From a virus (Duplodnaviria > Caudoviricetes): a stretch of 58,179 nucleotides of DNA. The stretch lies in the IMG/VR virus record IMGVR_UViG_3300034170_000025, positions 1 through 58,179 of that record. One strand, given 5' to 3'. Position 1 is the stretch's first letter. Each line of letters begins with the position of its first letter. Positions 36,386 through 44,777 of this stretch are shown piece by piece. Under the pieces are notes generated by a model that ran no database searches, was not told the origin of the DNA, and worked only from the letters and a program-made list of their open reading frames with translations. Made by a program: the position numbers and the translations under genes.

Positions 36386-36443
36386 TTATTTTAGAATTAC
36401 GAGCGGCCAGCTAGTGGGCCTTGTGTTGTCGTTAAGCACCTCT

Positions 36444-36492
36444 CGCTCAAAACCGGTCCTGCCAGACCCACGCTCAAAACTGGCTCCGCCAC
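36444..36492. repeat. Direct repeat CGCTCAAAACYGGYYCYGCCA, two copies
   Basis: Copies at 36444 and 36471, 27-bp period. Confidence 0.75.
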
Positions 36493-36645
36493 ATCCCTTT
36501 ATATTTTCCTATGTCAAGGTGGAACACTCCGTCAAGTGGTGTTTATTTTTGGCGGCGGGATTTATTTTTGTGGACAAAATGTTGGTAGTATTGTAGAATT
36601 AGTAAAGGAGATACATACACTAAACCCCTATAGGGAGATTAAACA

Positions 36646-37059
36646 ATGGCAACAATTGATGAACAGTACACACTAGTTTCGCAGCTTGGCATTTACGGTG
36701 CCATCAACCAGGGTGCGTTTCAAAACACCCTTGATGGTAAAGATGCTCCGCCAGCTTTCCATATCGTACACAGAGGAAGCATGGCTACCTTCACCCCTTC
36801 TGAAAGTGATAATGGTGCATACACTGTGTTTGACTACGCAGGTGATATGGTGATTACACTTCCAGCTTCGCTGTCTGCACCAGAGCTAAACCCATTTACA
36901 ATGTTTGTAGTTAACACTCTTGGAAGGATTGACTTCGTGTGCGAGACTCCCTTCATTGGGTATGCTCCTCACGTTGAGCAGAACGTTACATGTGGGTTGC
37001 TGAGAGGTATGACCAACTGGTATGCTTCAGGGACAAACAACAAAGCAGAGCTTAGCTAA
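36646..37059 (+). CDS. Hypothetical beta-rich protein, possibly virion-associated
   Basis: GGGAG SD; promoter TGGACA-17-TAGAAT at 36571-36599; VITLP...WYASG. Confidence 0.7.
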   Translation: MATIDEQYTLVSQLGIYGAINQGAFQNTLDGKDAPPAFHIVHRGSMATFTPSESDNGAYTVFDYAGDMVITLPASLSAPELNPFTMFVVNTLGRIDFVCETPFIGYAPHVEQNVTCGLLRGMTNWYASGTNNKAELS

Positions 37060-37850
37060 TGACTCCGGTTATTTCACAACTGTTCAGCAGTTGCAGGGAG
37101 AGGAATCTTCGCACTCTGGACGATAATGTCCCTGATGAAAACTACCTGTTCTTGGTGACAAATTATGTTCCAGATATTGGGTCTTCTATATGGAAGTCAT
37201 TTGATAACTCTGTGCAGATGAATCCACTAACAGGGTGGACAGGCTTCTACTACACTTGGATGCCTGATCGTTCTATCTTTGCTGGATTCAGAACTCAGAA
37301 GTTTGGGTATGGCTTTGTGCACCCTAGTGCAACGTCCAGTGGAGAGCTTTATCTGAGAGTGCAGATTGGTATTCCAAAAGCCCCAGCGGCGTCTGGTCAG
37401 TGGTGGGCGTACTCTGAGAATCCTATTGTGGTGATCAAGGATAACGTCGATCAGAGCCTTAAGCTGTCTCTTTCTTGGCTGTATAATGGTGACACTAACG
37501 CTGCTACGAGAGACTTGAGTAGAACGTTGGTTCTTAAGTTTGTTGATAGGGATGGTGTAGACAGGACGTTATCTGCTGAGTATGTTTTCCCAGTTGGTGA
37601 GGAGTATATGAACATTGATATCAAAGTGTTCCTTCCTAAAGATGGTCCTGCCCAACTTGTGGCGGCTCCACTGGAAACAACAAACCCTCCAATCGTAAAC
37701 ACTTCTCTTACAGTTGGTAGAGGGTACTACGATATACAGCCTGATCAAACTCTTGCAGTAAACTCCTACGATGGTGTAACACCTACAAACTGTCTGACAC
37801 GTTACATGAGAGTTGGTATTGGTAACAAGATTACAACAGCTAGACCATGA
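37059..37850 (+). CDS. Hypothetical beta-rich protein
   Basis: TAATG coupling; ends at a bidirectional terminator. Confidence 0.7.
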   Translation: MTPVISQLFSSCRERNLRTLDDNVPDENYLFLVTNYVPDIGSSIWKSFDNSVQMNPLTGWTGFYYTWMPDRSIFAGFRTQKFGYGFVHPSATSSGELYLRVQIGIPKAPAASGQWWAYSENPIVVIKDNVDQSLKLSLSWLYNGDTNAATRDLSRTLVLKFVDRDGVDRTLSAEYVFPVGEEYMNIDIKVFLPKDGPAQLVAAPLETTNPPIVNTSLTVGRGYYDIQPDQTLAVNSYDGVTPTNCLTRYMRVGIGNKITTARP

Positions 37851-37880
37851 AAAAGCCCCGCTTATGCGGGGCTTCTCTTT
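37850..37880. terminator. Bidirectional terminator at the strand switch
   Basis: AAAAAGCCCCGC-TTAT-GCGGGGCTTCTCTTT between convergent genes. Confidence 0.85.
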
Positions 37881-37888
37881 GCCTATGT

Positions 37889-38131
37889 TTAAGCAGGGCA
37901 GTACAACACTGTCCGATTGCAATTACCACCACGGGCCTCTCGCACTCTAAGGAGTAACCCATCTTCAACGAGCTTTCTCAAGATTGGTGTCCTAGCAAGG
38001 CTAGGCATATATCTACAGTTGACAGCCATTCCGAGTGGATACTTCCTAACCAGATCGATCCAAAACTGACGCTGTTCTCTTGGAGATAGAAGTAGAAGTC
38101 TCCTATCCCATACACTAGTTGGTGCCCTCAT
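37889..38131 (-). CDS. Hypothetical protein
   Basis: ATGA overlap; GGAGG SD. Confidence 0.6.
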   Translation of the reverse strand: MRAPTSVWDRRLLLLSPREQRQFWIDLVRKYPLGMAVNCRYMPSLARTPILRKLVEDGLLLRVREARGGNCNRTVLYCPA

Positions 38132-38415
38132 TTAACCTCCCAAGGAGCGAGCAAAGTGTCTACAGAACGTACCAGTCCATTGCAGTAAGCACAGTGCTTT
38201 GTGGTCCATGTAACCTTACCACCATAGGGGTAGGTATACTCATGGTGCTCGGTCTGTTGCATGTCAACTGGGTGGGAGCAAGCCAGTTTAAGTGACTCAG
38301 CACGCTTACGCAGTGATACTATCTGGCTCTCTATTGCAAACGCCTCACCAGCCTGATAGGCGATTTCAAACATCTTGTCTCCAAGACCTTCACACTTTGT
38401 GATTCTATGTGTCAT
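38128..38415 (-). CDS. Hypothetical Zn-binding-like protein
   Basis: CSH...CAYC; AGGAGG SD. Confidence 0.65.
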   Translation of the reverse strand: MTHRITKCEGLGDKMFEIAYQAGEAFAIESQIVSLRKRAESLKLACSHPVDMQQTEHHEYTYPYGGKVTWTTKHCAYCNGLVRSVDTLLAPWEVK

Positions 38416-38585
38416 GATTCCTCCTTTGACACTACTTCATGCAAGTGTTTGATACAATCTTTGCAGAGGATGATTGGTGCGCTCTTACCTGAGTAGTGGA
38501 ACGGAATCACCACCATGTCATCAGCAGATGTGTACTCACACAGACGACAGCATGCCCTTGTCTTTCTCACTTCAAACTCTTTCAT
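38412..38585 (-). CDS. Small Zn-finger protein (57 aa)
   Basis: CRLC...CKDC; ATGA overlap. Confidence 0.55.
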   Translation of the reverse strand: MKEFEVRKTRACCRLCEYTSADDMVVIPFHYSGKSAPIILCKDCIKHLHEVVSKEES

Positions 38586-38588
38586 TAA

Positions 38589-38765
38589 TTATTTCCACCC
38601 CATTAGGCCGTCTACGTCACCATTTTCACGGATACAGAATACAGGATAGCACACCTCTCCAGTCTCTACGATGTAGACACAGAAGTTTGAGCCACAGTGG
38701 TAATACGCCTCGTCAGCGTCGAAGCTATCAAGAGCATCTTTATTCTCTACGTCGAACTCAATCAT
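38589..38765 (-). CDS. Small acidic protein
   Basis: GGAGG SD before ATG 38765. Confidence 0.6.
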   Translation of the reverse strand: MIEFDVENKDALDSFDADEAYYHCGSNFCVYIVETGEVCYPVFCIRENGDVDGLMGWK

Positions 38766-38980
38766 TGTTGATCCTCCCATTTGACCCAAGCTGTACACTC
38801 ACGGTCTTTGTTCTTCTTGTCTTTATAATGTGCTGTACACACTATAGCTCTGTTACCAGCTCTGTCAGTGAACCCTTCAATGAGCATCTGCACAGAGTGC
38901 GTGCCCTCAGCTTTCCAGGGTGGAATATAGGGTATGATCTTTCGCGTCTTTCCAGCGAGCAGCCCTGTAGGTTCATCCAT
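38762..38980 (-). CDS. Hypothetical protein
   Basis: Tightly packed co-oriented ORF. Confidence 0.55.
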   Translation of the reverse strand: MDEPTGLLAGKTRKIIPYIPPWKAEGTHSVQMLIEGFTDRAGNRAIVCTAHYKDKKNKDRECTAWVKWEDQQ

Positions 38981-38982
38981 TC

Positions 38983-39141
38983 TCAGTAGTCTCCATACCG
39001 CTTGTTCAAGCTCTTCATCATGGAGTCAGCACACTCGTCTCCCTCCCAGTGACGGACATTTTCGATGTGCTCGCGTTCTTCCATATACTCCCAATCTGTC
39101 ATCCGATCCTCTTGGTGATCTGAATCCTCGTAAGCACTCAT
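38983..39141 (-). CDS. Small acidic protein (52 aa)
   Basis: ATGA overlap with the upstream stop. Confidence 0.5.
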   Translation of the reverse strand: MSAYEDSDHQEDRMTDWEYMEEREHIENVRHWEGDECADSMMKSLNKRYGDY

Positions 39142-39341
39142 TGCGGCTTACTCAGGTCAAGGCCAATTGGTTGTGGAATCTGGATATCCATGCGGTCAAC
39201 TATTAGGCACAGCGCGTGTCGGATTGCATTTTCCACGACTAGCTTTGTGGCAGCACGGTTTCCATCACACATGTAAATAGCTTGCTCAGCACGTTCAGCA
39301 ATGTTTAAAACTTCCTGGCTTGTTGGCATTGGTAGTTTCAT
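39138..39341 (-). CDS. Hypothetical protein
   Basis: AAGGAG SD. Confidence 0.6.
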   Translation of the reverse strand: MKLPMPTSQEVLNIAERAEQAIYMCDGNRAATKLVVENAIRHALCLIVDRMDIQIPQPIGLDLSKPQ

Positions 39342-39641
39342 TCTGGAGTTTCTCCTTTGATGTATTTTTGCATCAGTGTTTTGTAGTCAAGCGTCTCTCC
39401 AGGGTGAGCCTCCTTATAAGAGGCCACCCACCAAGACCAACCACCAACAGTGTCTTTAGCTGTCTTCACCAGTTACACCCGCAGTGTGATGGATGACCTT
39501 GAGGCATACAGCAAACTTTCTGTTGTGGTGCTCCCCAGCCAGATTGGTAACTGGCCTGAACTGCCCACTCTAGATTGTAGAGTTCACGTTCTGCCTCTTC
39601 GATAATACGTTTGAGTTCTTGCCTCCGCATTTCAATGGTCT

Positions 39642-39896
39642 TCACCGAATGATCCTCCCGTTAAAGTTTGCATACCCTTCTTTATCGTCGTCATCGTAGA
39701 TGGTCCATGTAGACCTACACTCGCAGCACGCCACACTGATCCAGTAGCAGTCTGAAGTGGGGTCATAGTTACCAGTACTCCCGCCATACTTACCTGTCTT
39801 GTCAGTGTGAGGGCAGGTAGCTTGCAGTTCAGCCAGCTCTTGGGACAGTCGACTACGCATTGTGATGATGCGTGCTACACGTTCTTTGATAGTCAT
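39642..39896 (-). CDS. Hypothetical Zn-binding-like protein
   Basis: LQATCPH...CCEC; ATGA overlap. Confidence 0.65.
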   Translation of the reverse strand: MTIKERVARIITMRSRLSQELAELQATCPHTDKTGKYGGSTGNYDPTSDCYWISVACCECRSTWTIYDDDDKEGYANFNGRIIR

Positions 39897-40369
39897 TTCT
39901 GCCAATTGTAGCACCCCCCACGGTCTCCCCAGCAGCAACACTCCTTACCTTTGTCACAATACCCTGTAGAGCCAGTCAGGTGCAATAGGGCACCTTCGAT
40001 GGTTCCCATTTTGTCTACTGCTTCCTTCGCCTCTTTAAGGCCGCACCCTGCACGTTCCCGTACAGTCTTGATCATCATCACCTTACTAGCTACGAGTGGT
40101 GTTGGTGTGAAGTCGGATGCCCACTGCACTGCTGTTTCAGCAATAACTTTCTCATTTTCAAGGGCCAGGAGAAGGGATTCAAGAAGTTGGACGGCCTTCT
40201 CCTTGTTTGCATGCTGACTACGCTCACTGTCACAGGAGATACCAAGACCTGACGGAATATGGTGTGCAATGATCCCACCTGTGGTGAGGCCAACAGTCAT
40301 ACCGCCAGCCCCATGTCCAGTCTGTGGCAGGTAGGATGTGATTCGGATATCAAACAGACTAATCGCCAT
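39893..40369 (-). CDS. Class I release factor-like domain (GGM in place of GGQ) fused to an L7/L12 CTD-like motif
   Basis: GAGGMTVGLT..GIIAHHIPSGLGISCDSERSQHANKEKA and KVMMIKTVRERAGCGLKEAKEAVD. Confidence 0.75.
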   Translation of the reverse strand: MAISLFDIRITSYLPQTGHGAGGMTVGLTTGGIIAHHIPSGLGISCDSERSQHANKEKAVQLLESLLLALENEKVIAETAVQWASDFTPTPLVASKVMMIKTVRERAGCGLKEAKEAVDKMGTIEGALLHLTGSTGYCDKGKECCCWGDRGGCYNWQK

Positions 40370-40793
40370 AGTGGAGTATTTCCTCAAAAGTGTTTTCAAA
40401 GTTTTCTAGAACAGCCTCGTTGAACCAACGGCTTGCTCCTGTGGGGCAGAGTGTACCACATTTAGCTAATGCGTCAATGAATTTCTTATATTCTCTCTGC
40501 TCTTTGAGGTTCTTTTCGTGCTCGGTTTGCACGCCATACCAACCATACCCGGAGGTTTCAATCTGATGACCCGCATCGTTCACCAGTACAAGCACTTGCT
40601 CGGTGAATCCAGGGTTCCGTTCAGAGCGGTAGACATAACTGCTCTTGAAGTACCAGTTTTGGTTTCCAGCAATACGTTGGAGTTCATAAACCAAGTGCTG
40701 AGATACCTCAAGTGTTTCCTCTAGCTTCTTGTAGAACGTGAAGTCGCTAGAACCGTATCCGTTCTCCATACGATAGCATTTGCGTTTGTCCAT
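40359..40793 (-). CDS. Hypothetical protein
   Basis: GGAGG SD; TAATG coupling. Confidence 0.65.
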   Translation of the reverse strand: MDKRKCYRMENGYGSSDFTFYKKLEETLEVSQHLVYELQRIAGNQNWYFKSSYVYRSERNPGFTEQVLVLVNDAGHQIETSGYGWYGVQTEHEKNLKEQREYKKFIDALAKCGTLCPTGASRWFNEAVLENFENTFEEILHYGD

Positions 40794-40974
40794 TAATCCC
40801 TCCCTCTGAATAAGAACATCAAACTTTTGAAGCTCAAGTCTTTGTACTCTCGTACTGACATGTGCGAGCCGTCCGTGAGGACATAGAGCATCCCTTTGTG
40901 AGGGTGCTGGAAGAGGTATGCACCTCTCAAGCGTTCCCTCACCTTCGTAGCTTCAGACCCCTTCATAAAACTCC

Positions 40975-41337
40975 TTATAAGTAGCACTCTGAATAGAGTA
41001 CACCTTCTTGAAATACTTCCTTAATCTGACCAGCTTCTTTCGCTACGGTCCAAGCTTCCTGTCTTGTCATATAGACTCCGTATTGGTCCACAAAGCCTTG
41101 TTCGGTGCGGACATCATGGTTGTGGGTCTGCTCTTCTGTAAGGTGTAGAGCATCAAGCATCAATGACATCACCGGGCAGAAGTGTCTGTTACCCACAACG
41201 AGATTGCCGTCTACAATGCAAGCTGCCATAGAGACAACCCTTTGAACAGTGTCGAACCTTTCCCAAACTGGGACGCCACCTTCGTAGACCCAATCCAAGT
41301 GTTCTTGGAAGCGTTTAGTTTTCTTATGTGGCATCAT
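40975..41337 (-). CDS. Conserved phage hypothetical protein
   Basis: G.RH...QGFVDQYG.YMTRQEAW.VA..AGQ...LYSE pattern. Confidence 0.7.
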   Translation of the reverse strand: MMPHKKTKRFQEHLDWVYEGGVPVWERFDTVQRVVSMAACIVDGNLVVGNRHFCPVMSLMLDALHLTEEQTHNHDVRTEQGFVDQYGVYMTRQEAWTVAKEAGQIKEVFQEGVLYSECYL

Positions 41338-41493
41338 TCCTCCGGCTCAATGGTGATTCCCCAGGCATCTAGTGCAGCCGTTAGGGAGGGGTAAAACTTC
41401 TTAGGGTGTCCTATGTAAGACCGTGCGTAAGCACGAATCTCTTCATTCATAGGTAGTTCAAACCACGGGAGCGGTTCTTCCGCCCCGCAGATG

Positions 41494-41880
41494 TCACAGA
41501 CTTTGGGAGTGTGTGGTTGTTCCATTTTCAATTACCACCGCTTCATGAGAGTAGTAGCCATTATGCTCGTTATAAGCCACAAATTGCAAGACACCTTTTG
41601 AAGTTTTGATGTTCACGAACATGCAATCACTCTCATAGACGCTACCCAGGGAAGTGGTTGCTAGTTTACTGTCAACAACCTCTGCACTCAGGTACTCCGC
41701 ACCTACGAACTCTTCTAGGGAGTCCTCAGAGGTTAGGTAGCCCCAGTTCTCACAGCAGCTCTGACCATTGCTGATACCCATCTTGATCTGCGTGTCGTCT
41801 TCAAGTGTGATAACGTAGCCGTCATAACCGCTCCAAGAGCCACGGCCCCAAGTAGTTTCTTCGATAGACTTAATCTTCAT
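41494..41880 (-). CDS. Conserved phage hypothetical protein
   Basis: QSCCE.WG...TSKG.LQ..AYNEHNGYYSH; AAGGAG SD. Confidence 0.7.
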   Translation of the reverse strand: MKIKSIEETTWGRGSWSGYDGYVITLEDDTQIKMGISNGQSCCENWGYLTSEDSLEEFVGAEYLSAEVVDSKLATTSLGSVYESDCMFVNIKTSKGVLQFVAYNEHNGYYSHEAVVIENGTTTHSQSL

Positions 41881-41925
41881 TTTACTCTCCTTATATTTTG
41901 ATTTTATGTACACACTTCCCACAGG

Positions 41926-42183
41926 TCAGTCTCCCCAGTATGAAAGCTCTTCATCAACAGCTTCCTCTGGTGTGAGCCAATCCTCAAAGGACAGTCCTGC
42001 ATTGTCAGAGTTTTCCCACAGAGTCTCAGCAAGCTCATATGCCTGGCTAATCTCCTGTGGGTCCACACCATCGTACATCTTAAGTGTGAACATGTACCCA
42101 ACGGCCTCTTGAAGCCACTCAGTTGTCAGGCGTTCAAGCTTATCAGCTTTTGTCTCTACTACGAAAGCGCGTACTGCTGTCAT
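41926..42183 (-). CDS. Acidic hypothetical protein
   Basis: TPEEAVDEELSYW C-terminus; GGAG SD. Confidence 0.65.
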   Translation of the reverse strand: MTAVRAFVVETKADKLERLTTEWLQEAVGYMFTLKMYDGVDPQEISQAYELAETLWENSDNAGLSFEDWLTPEEAVDEELSYWGD

Positions 42184-42317
42184 TTTATTTTAGCTCCCAA
42201 GATAATACTCCCACAACCGGCGAACCACGCAATGGCGAGCCATAGAAGAATGTACTGATGTGCATGTGAATCATAACACCTCCAGAGTGGCCGTACTAGG
42301 CCAAAATTTCAATCGCG

Positions 42318-42656
42318 TTACGCTACAAGGTCTTCCCAAGGAACGTCCGCCATGACGAAGTTTTCGTAGGGGAACATCACCTCGACTGCCTCGCCGAGTT
42401 CATTGTACACACTGTACGAAACAAACTCTCCCAAGAATGCCACGTCTTTGAAGAAGTCTTTCCAGACCCTCGTGCGTACTCCGTGAGGCAGCCCTACAGG
42501 AAGCGAGAGCAGGAGCTTGTTCAGCTTAACAGCTTCATCCAGTGCAAGCGGAACGTCTTTGACGTAGAAGTTGATACTCTTTGCCTTCATCACTGGGCAG
42601 TAACTGTAGTCAGAAATCTGACCTACTGGGCGGTAAGGGTTTGGCATGTAGAACAT
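42318..42656 (-). CDS. Hypothetical protein
   Basis: AGGAG SD. Confidence 0.65.
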   Translation of the reverse strand: MFYMPNPYRPVGQISDYSYCPVMKAKSINFYVKDVPLALDEAVKLNKLLLSLPVGLPHGVRTRVWKDFFKDVAFLGEFVSYSVYNELGEAVEVMFPYENFVMADVPWEDLVA

Positions 42657-42712
42657 TTGAATCTCCTATAGAAAAGCCCACACCTTTGTGGGGTATGGGC
42701 TATTGTAGCACG

Positions 42713-43294
42713 TTATGCGAAGGCTTTCAATACTTCGTTAGGGTTGGCCTGGGCCGACTCACCAACTGGTTGGAAACCCCAACCATTGCCAGTACGTTGC
42801 AGAGTACCCACGTGCAGTGCAGTACCATTTACGAACTGTTGCAGCTTGTATTGTGCCAACAGGTTATTGTCTTGGTCGTACAGATCGAAACTACCACCAG
42901 CAATCATACTGAAGTCTTGTTGACGTGCAATCGCGTCGTGCAAGAAGACAAAATGCTCAATCTTGTCGATGTTTGCTGGAACTTTACCAATCTCAACGAA
43001 AATTTCTTCGTCATCCTGACCATCAACGTCTGCACCGTTGCGGTTATCACGAGGCAGAACTACAGCACCATTGTAGCAATCTTTGTTGTTGAAGAAGCAA
43101 ACATTCTTCATATCACCTTGGATACTGCCATTGCTGGTCAGGAACATGAAGATGTCAAGGTCAAACTCATGGCCTTTGCTTGCCATTGGGTGCAGGTTCC
43201 AGTTCAGAGCACCACGCAGACGGGTCAGCGAAGGTGCAATTTTGGTCAGGTCCAACATCAGGGTATCTTTGCTCAAGTTAAGCTCCATTATCAA
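42713..43294 (-). CDS. terD: TerD-family stress protein
   Basis: FDLD, FFNN, DNRNG...GQDDE, GWGFQPVG motifs. Confidence 0.9.
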   Translation of the reverse strand: MIMELNLSKDTLMLDLTKIAPSLTRLRGALNWNLHPMASKGHEFDLDIFMFLTSNGSIQGDMKNVCFFNNKDCYNGAVVLPRDNRNGADVDGQDDEEIFVEIGKVPANIDKIEHFVFLHDAIARQQDFSMIAGGSFDLYDQDNNLLAQYKLQQFVNGTALHVGTLQRTGNGWGFQPVGESAQANPNEVLKAFA

Positions 43295-43354
43295 GTTCCT
43301 CTTTAGTAGTAAGTTGAGGCGCCATTTTGACGCCTCTTTCAGTTTCAGTTTGTG

Positions 43355-44035
43355 TCAAGCTTCTTTGCTGAGTTTCTTAGCAGTAAATGCAGCCGCTACA
43401 ACGATACCAGCACCAACAGCTTTAGCGATCCAGTGGTTCACTTCGCCGATGTATTCAATGAAGTGTGCGTCAGATACGATCATTTCAGCACCAACAACAC
43501 CCAACATACCAGCACCAATCCAGATAATCACTGGGAATTTATCCATCAGACCAGACAAGTACTTAGCACCGTAGACAATGATTGGGATGCTCAATACGAT
43601 ACCAGCGATTGCGTACAGTGTAGAGTGAGCACCAGTGCTAGAAGCAGCACCTGCCACAGCCATTACGTTATCCAGCGAGAGCATGAAGTCAGCTACAATG
43701 ATGGTCCATACAGCGCCCCAAATTGTAGATTTCTGTTCAACTTCTGGGTCTTCTTCATGACCTGTCAACAGCGAGTAACCAATCCAGACCAAGTAAATAC
43801 CAGCGAAAATCTTCAGGAATGGGATACCCAGCAAGAAGGTTGCGAATACCAGCAGGACAGCTCGGAGTGCGATGGCGCCAGCAGTACCAAGCAGGATTGC
43901 TTTACCACGAACACTTACAGCCAGAGAAGCACATGCCAGAGCGATCACGATTGCGTTGTCTAGACCCAGAAGCAGGTCAATCATCGTGATCTTAAAGATC
44001 GCAGCCCAGTCGAGCATTGCGAAGAATTCCATCAT
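43355..44035 (-). CDS. terC: TerC-family integral membrane protein
   Basis: DLLLGLDNAIVIALA, IIVADFMLSLDNVMAVAG. Confidence 0.92.
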   Translation of the reverse strand: MMEFFAMLDWAAIFKITMIDLLLGLDNAIVIALACASLAVSVRGKAILLGTAGAIALRAVLLVFATFLLGIPFLKIFAGIYLVWIGYSLLTGHEEDPEVEQKSTIWGAVWTIIVADFMLSLDNVMAVAGAASSTGAHSTLYAIAGIVLSIPIIVYGAKYLSGLMDKFPVIIWIGAGMLGVVGAEMIVSDAHFIEYIGEVNHWIAKAVGAGIVVAAAFTAKKLSKEA

Positions 44036-44070
44036 TTTTGTTTCCCCTTTCAGTTTGTTTGTGTGGGGCC

Positions 44071-44099
44071 ATCTTATCTAATGGCCCCCATATTGTCAA
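44071..44099 (-). promoter_or_regulatory. sigma70 promoter
   Basis: TTGACA-17-TAAGAT; GGGGCCAT..ATGGCCCC inverted repeat around -10. Confidence 0.75.
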
Positions 44100-44103
44100 C
44101 TAT

Positions 44104-44754
44104 TTATTTGGTTGCGAACGCTTTAAATTCTTCGTTCAGCAACAGCTCATAGAACTTGTTCTGATCGATAGCCTTCGGGTCCGTGATGTACAGCACTTCA
44201 ACAGTGTCATACTTCGCAGCGATAGCGTCCAAATAACGTTTATCGCAACCATTACCGATAGCAACGATCTGTACAAAGGTGTTCTCCAGCGAGTCTAGCT
44301 GAGCTTCAAACTCACGCTTATCGTTGTTGGCACCATCGGTGATCAGTGCCAGATAGGTTGGGGTTACAGGCTTAGCTGCACCGAAACCGAACAGACCGCG
44401 TTTTGTTGCCTGACCTTTCAGACCTGCAATAGCGTCTGCGAAGTTTGTCCCGCCGCCTGCACGAATACCATGCTTACGGATGTAAGTGTGTGCATCATCT
44501 ACAGTCATATCTGGTGTACGGTCAAACGAAGTGTTGAAGAAACCAATCTCCATCTTGCCGTCATCATCAAATTTCATAGCTGCTGCCAGGAACAGGTCAA
44601 GAGTGTCTTGTACCCAACCACATGCGAACTCGTCGTCCATCGAGCCAGATTTATCTACCGCCAGCTTTACTGCCATGATGATTGGTGTGAAAATCTGAGC
44701 CTTTTCAAGATTCAGTTCCAGAGCTTTGGTCAAGTCTAACATTGGCATACCCAT
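44104..44754 (-). CDS. vWA domain protein (TerF C-terminal-like)
   Basis: DKSGSM, FDDDG, GGGTNFA, ITDG. Confidence 0.85.
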   Translation of the reverse strand: MGMPMLDLTKALELNLEKAQIFTPIIMAVKLAVDKSGSMDDEFACGWVQDTLDLFLAAAMKFDDDGKMEIGFFNTSFDRTPDMTVDDAHTYIRKHGIRAGGGTNFADAIAGLKGQATKRGLFGFGAAKPVTPTYLALITDGANNDKREFEAQLDSLENTFVQIVAIGNGCDKRYLDAIAAKYDTVEVLYITDPKAIDQNKFYELLLNEEFKAFATK

Positions 44755-44777
44755 ATATCCTCCTTTGGTTTGATGTG

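Noticed and set aside
35450-36400. tRNA genes or an RsmA/CsrA-sponge RNA
   Set aside because: No cloverleaf or GTTCRA T-loop found. GGA motifs are present but mostly not in hairpin loops.
36569-36577. DnaA-box-like TGTGGACAA
   Set aside because: A single mismatched copy that coincides with the -35 of the 36646 promoter.
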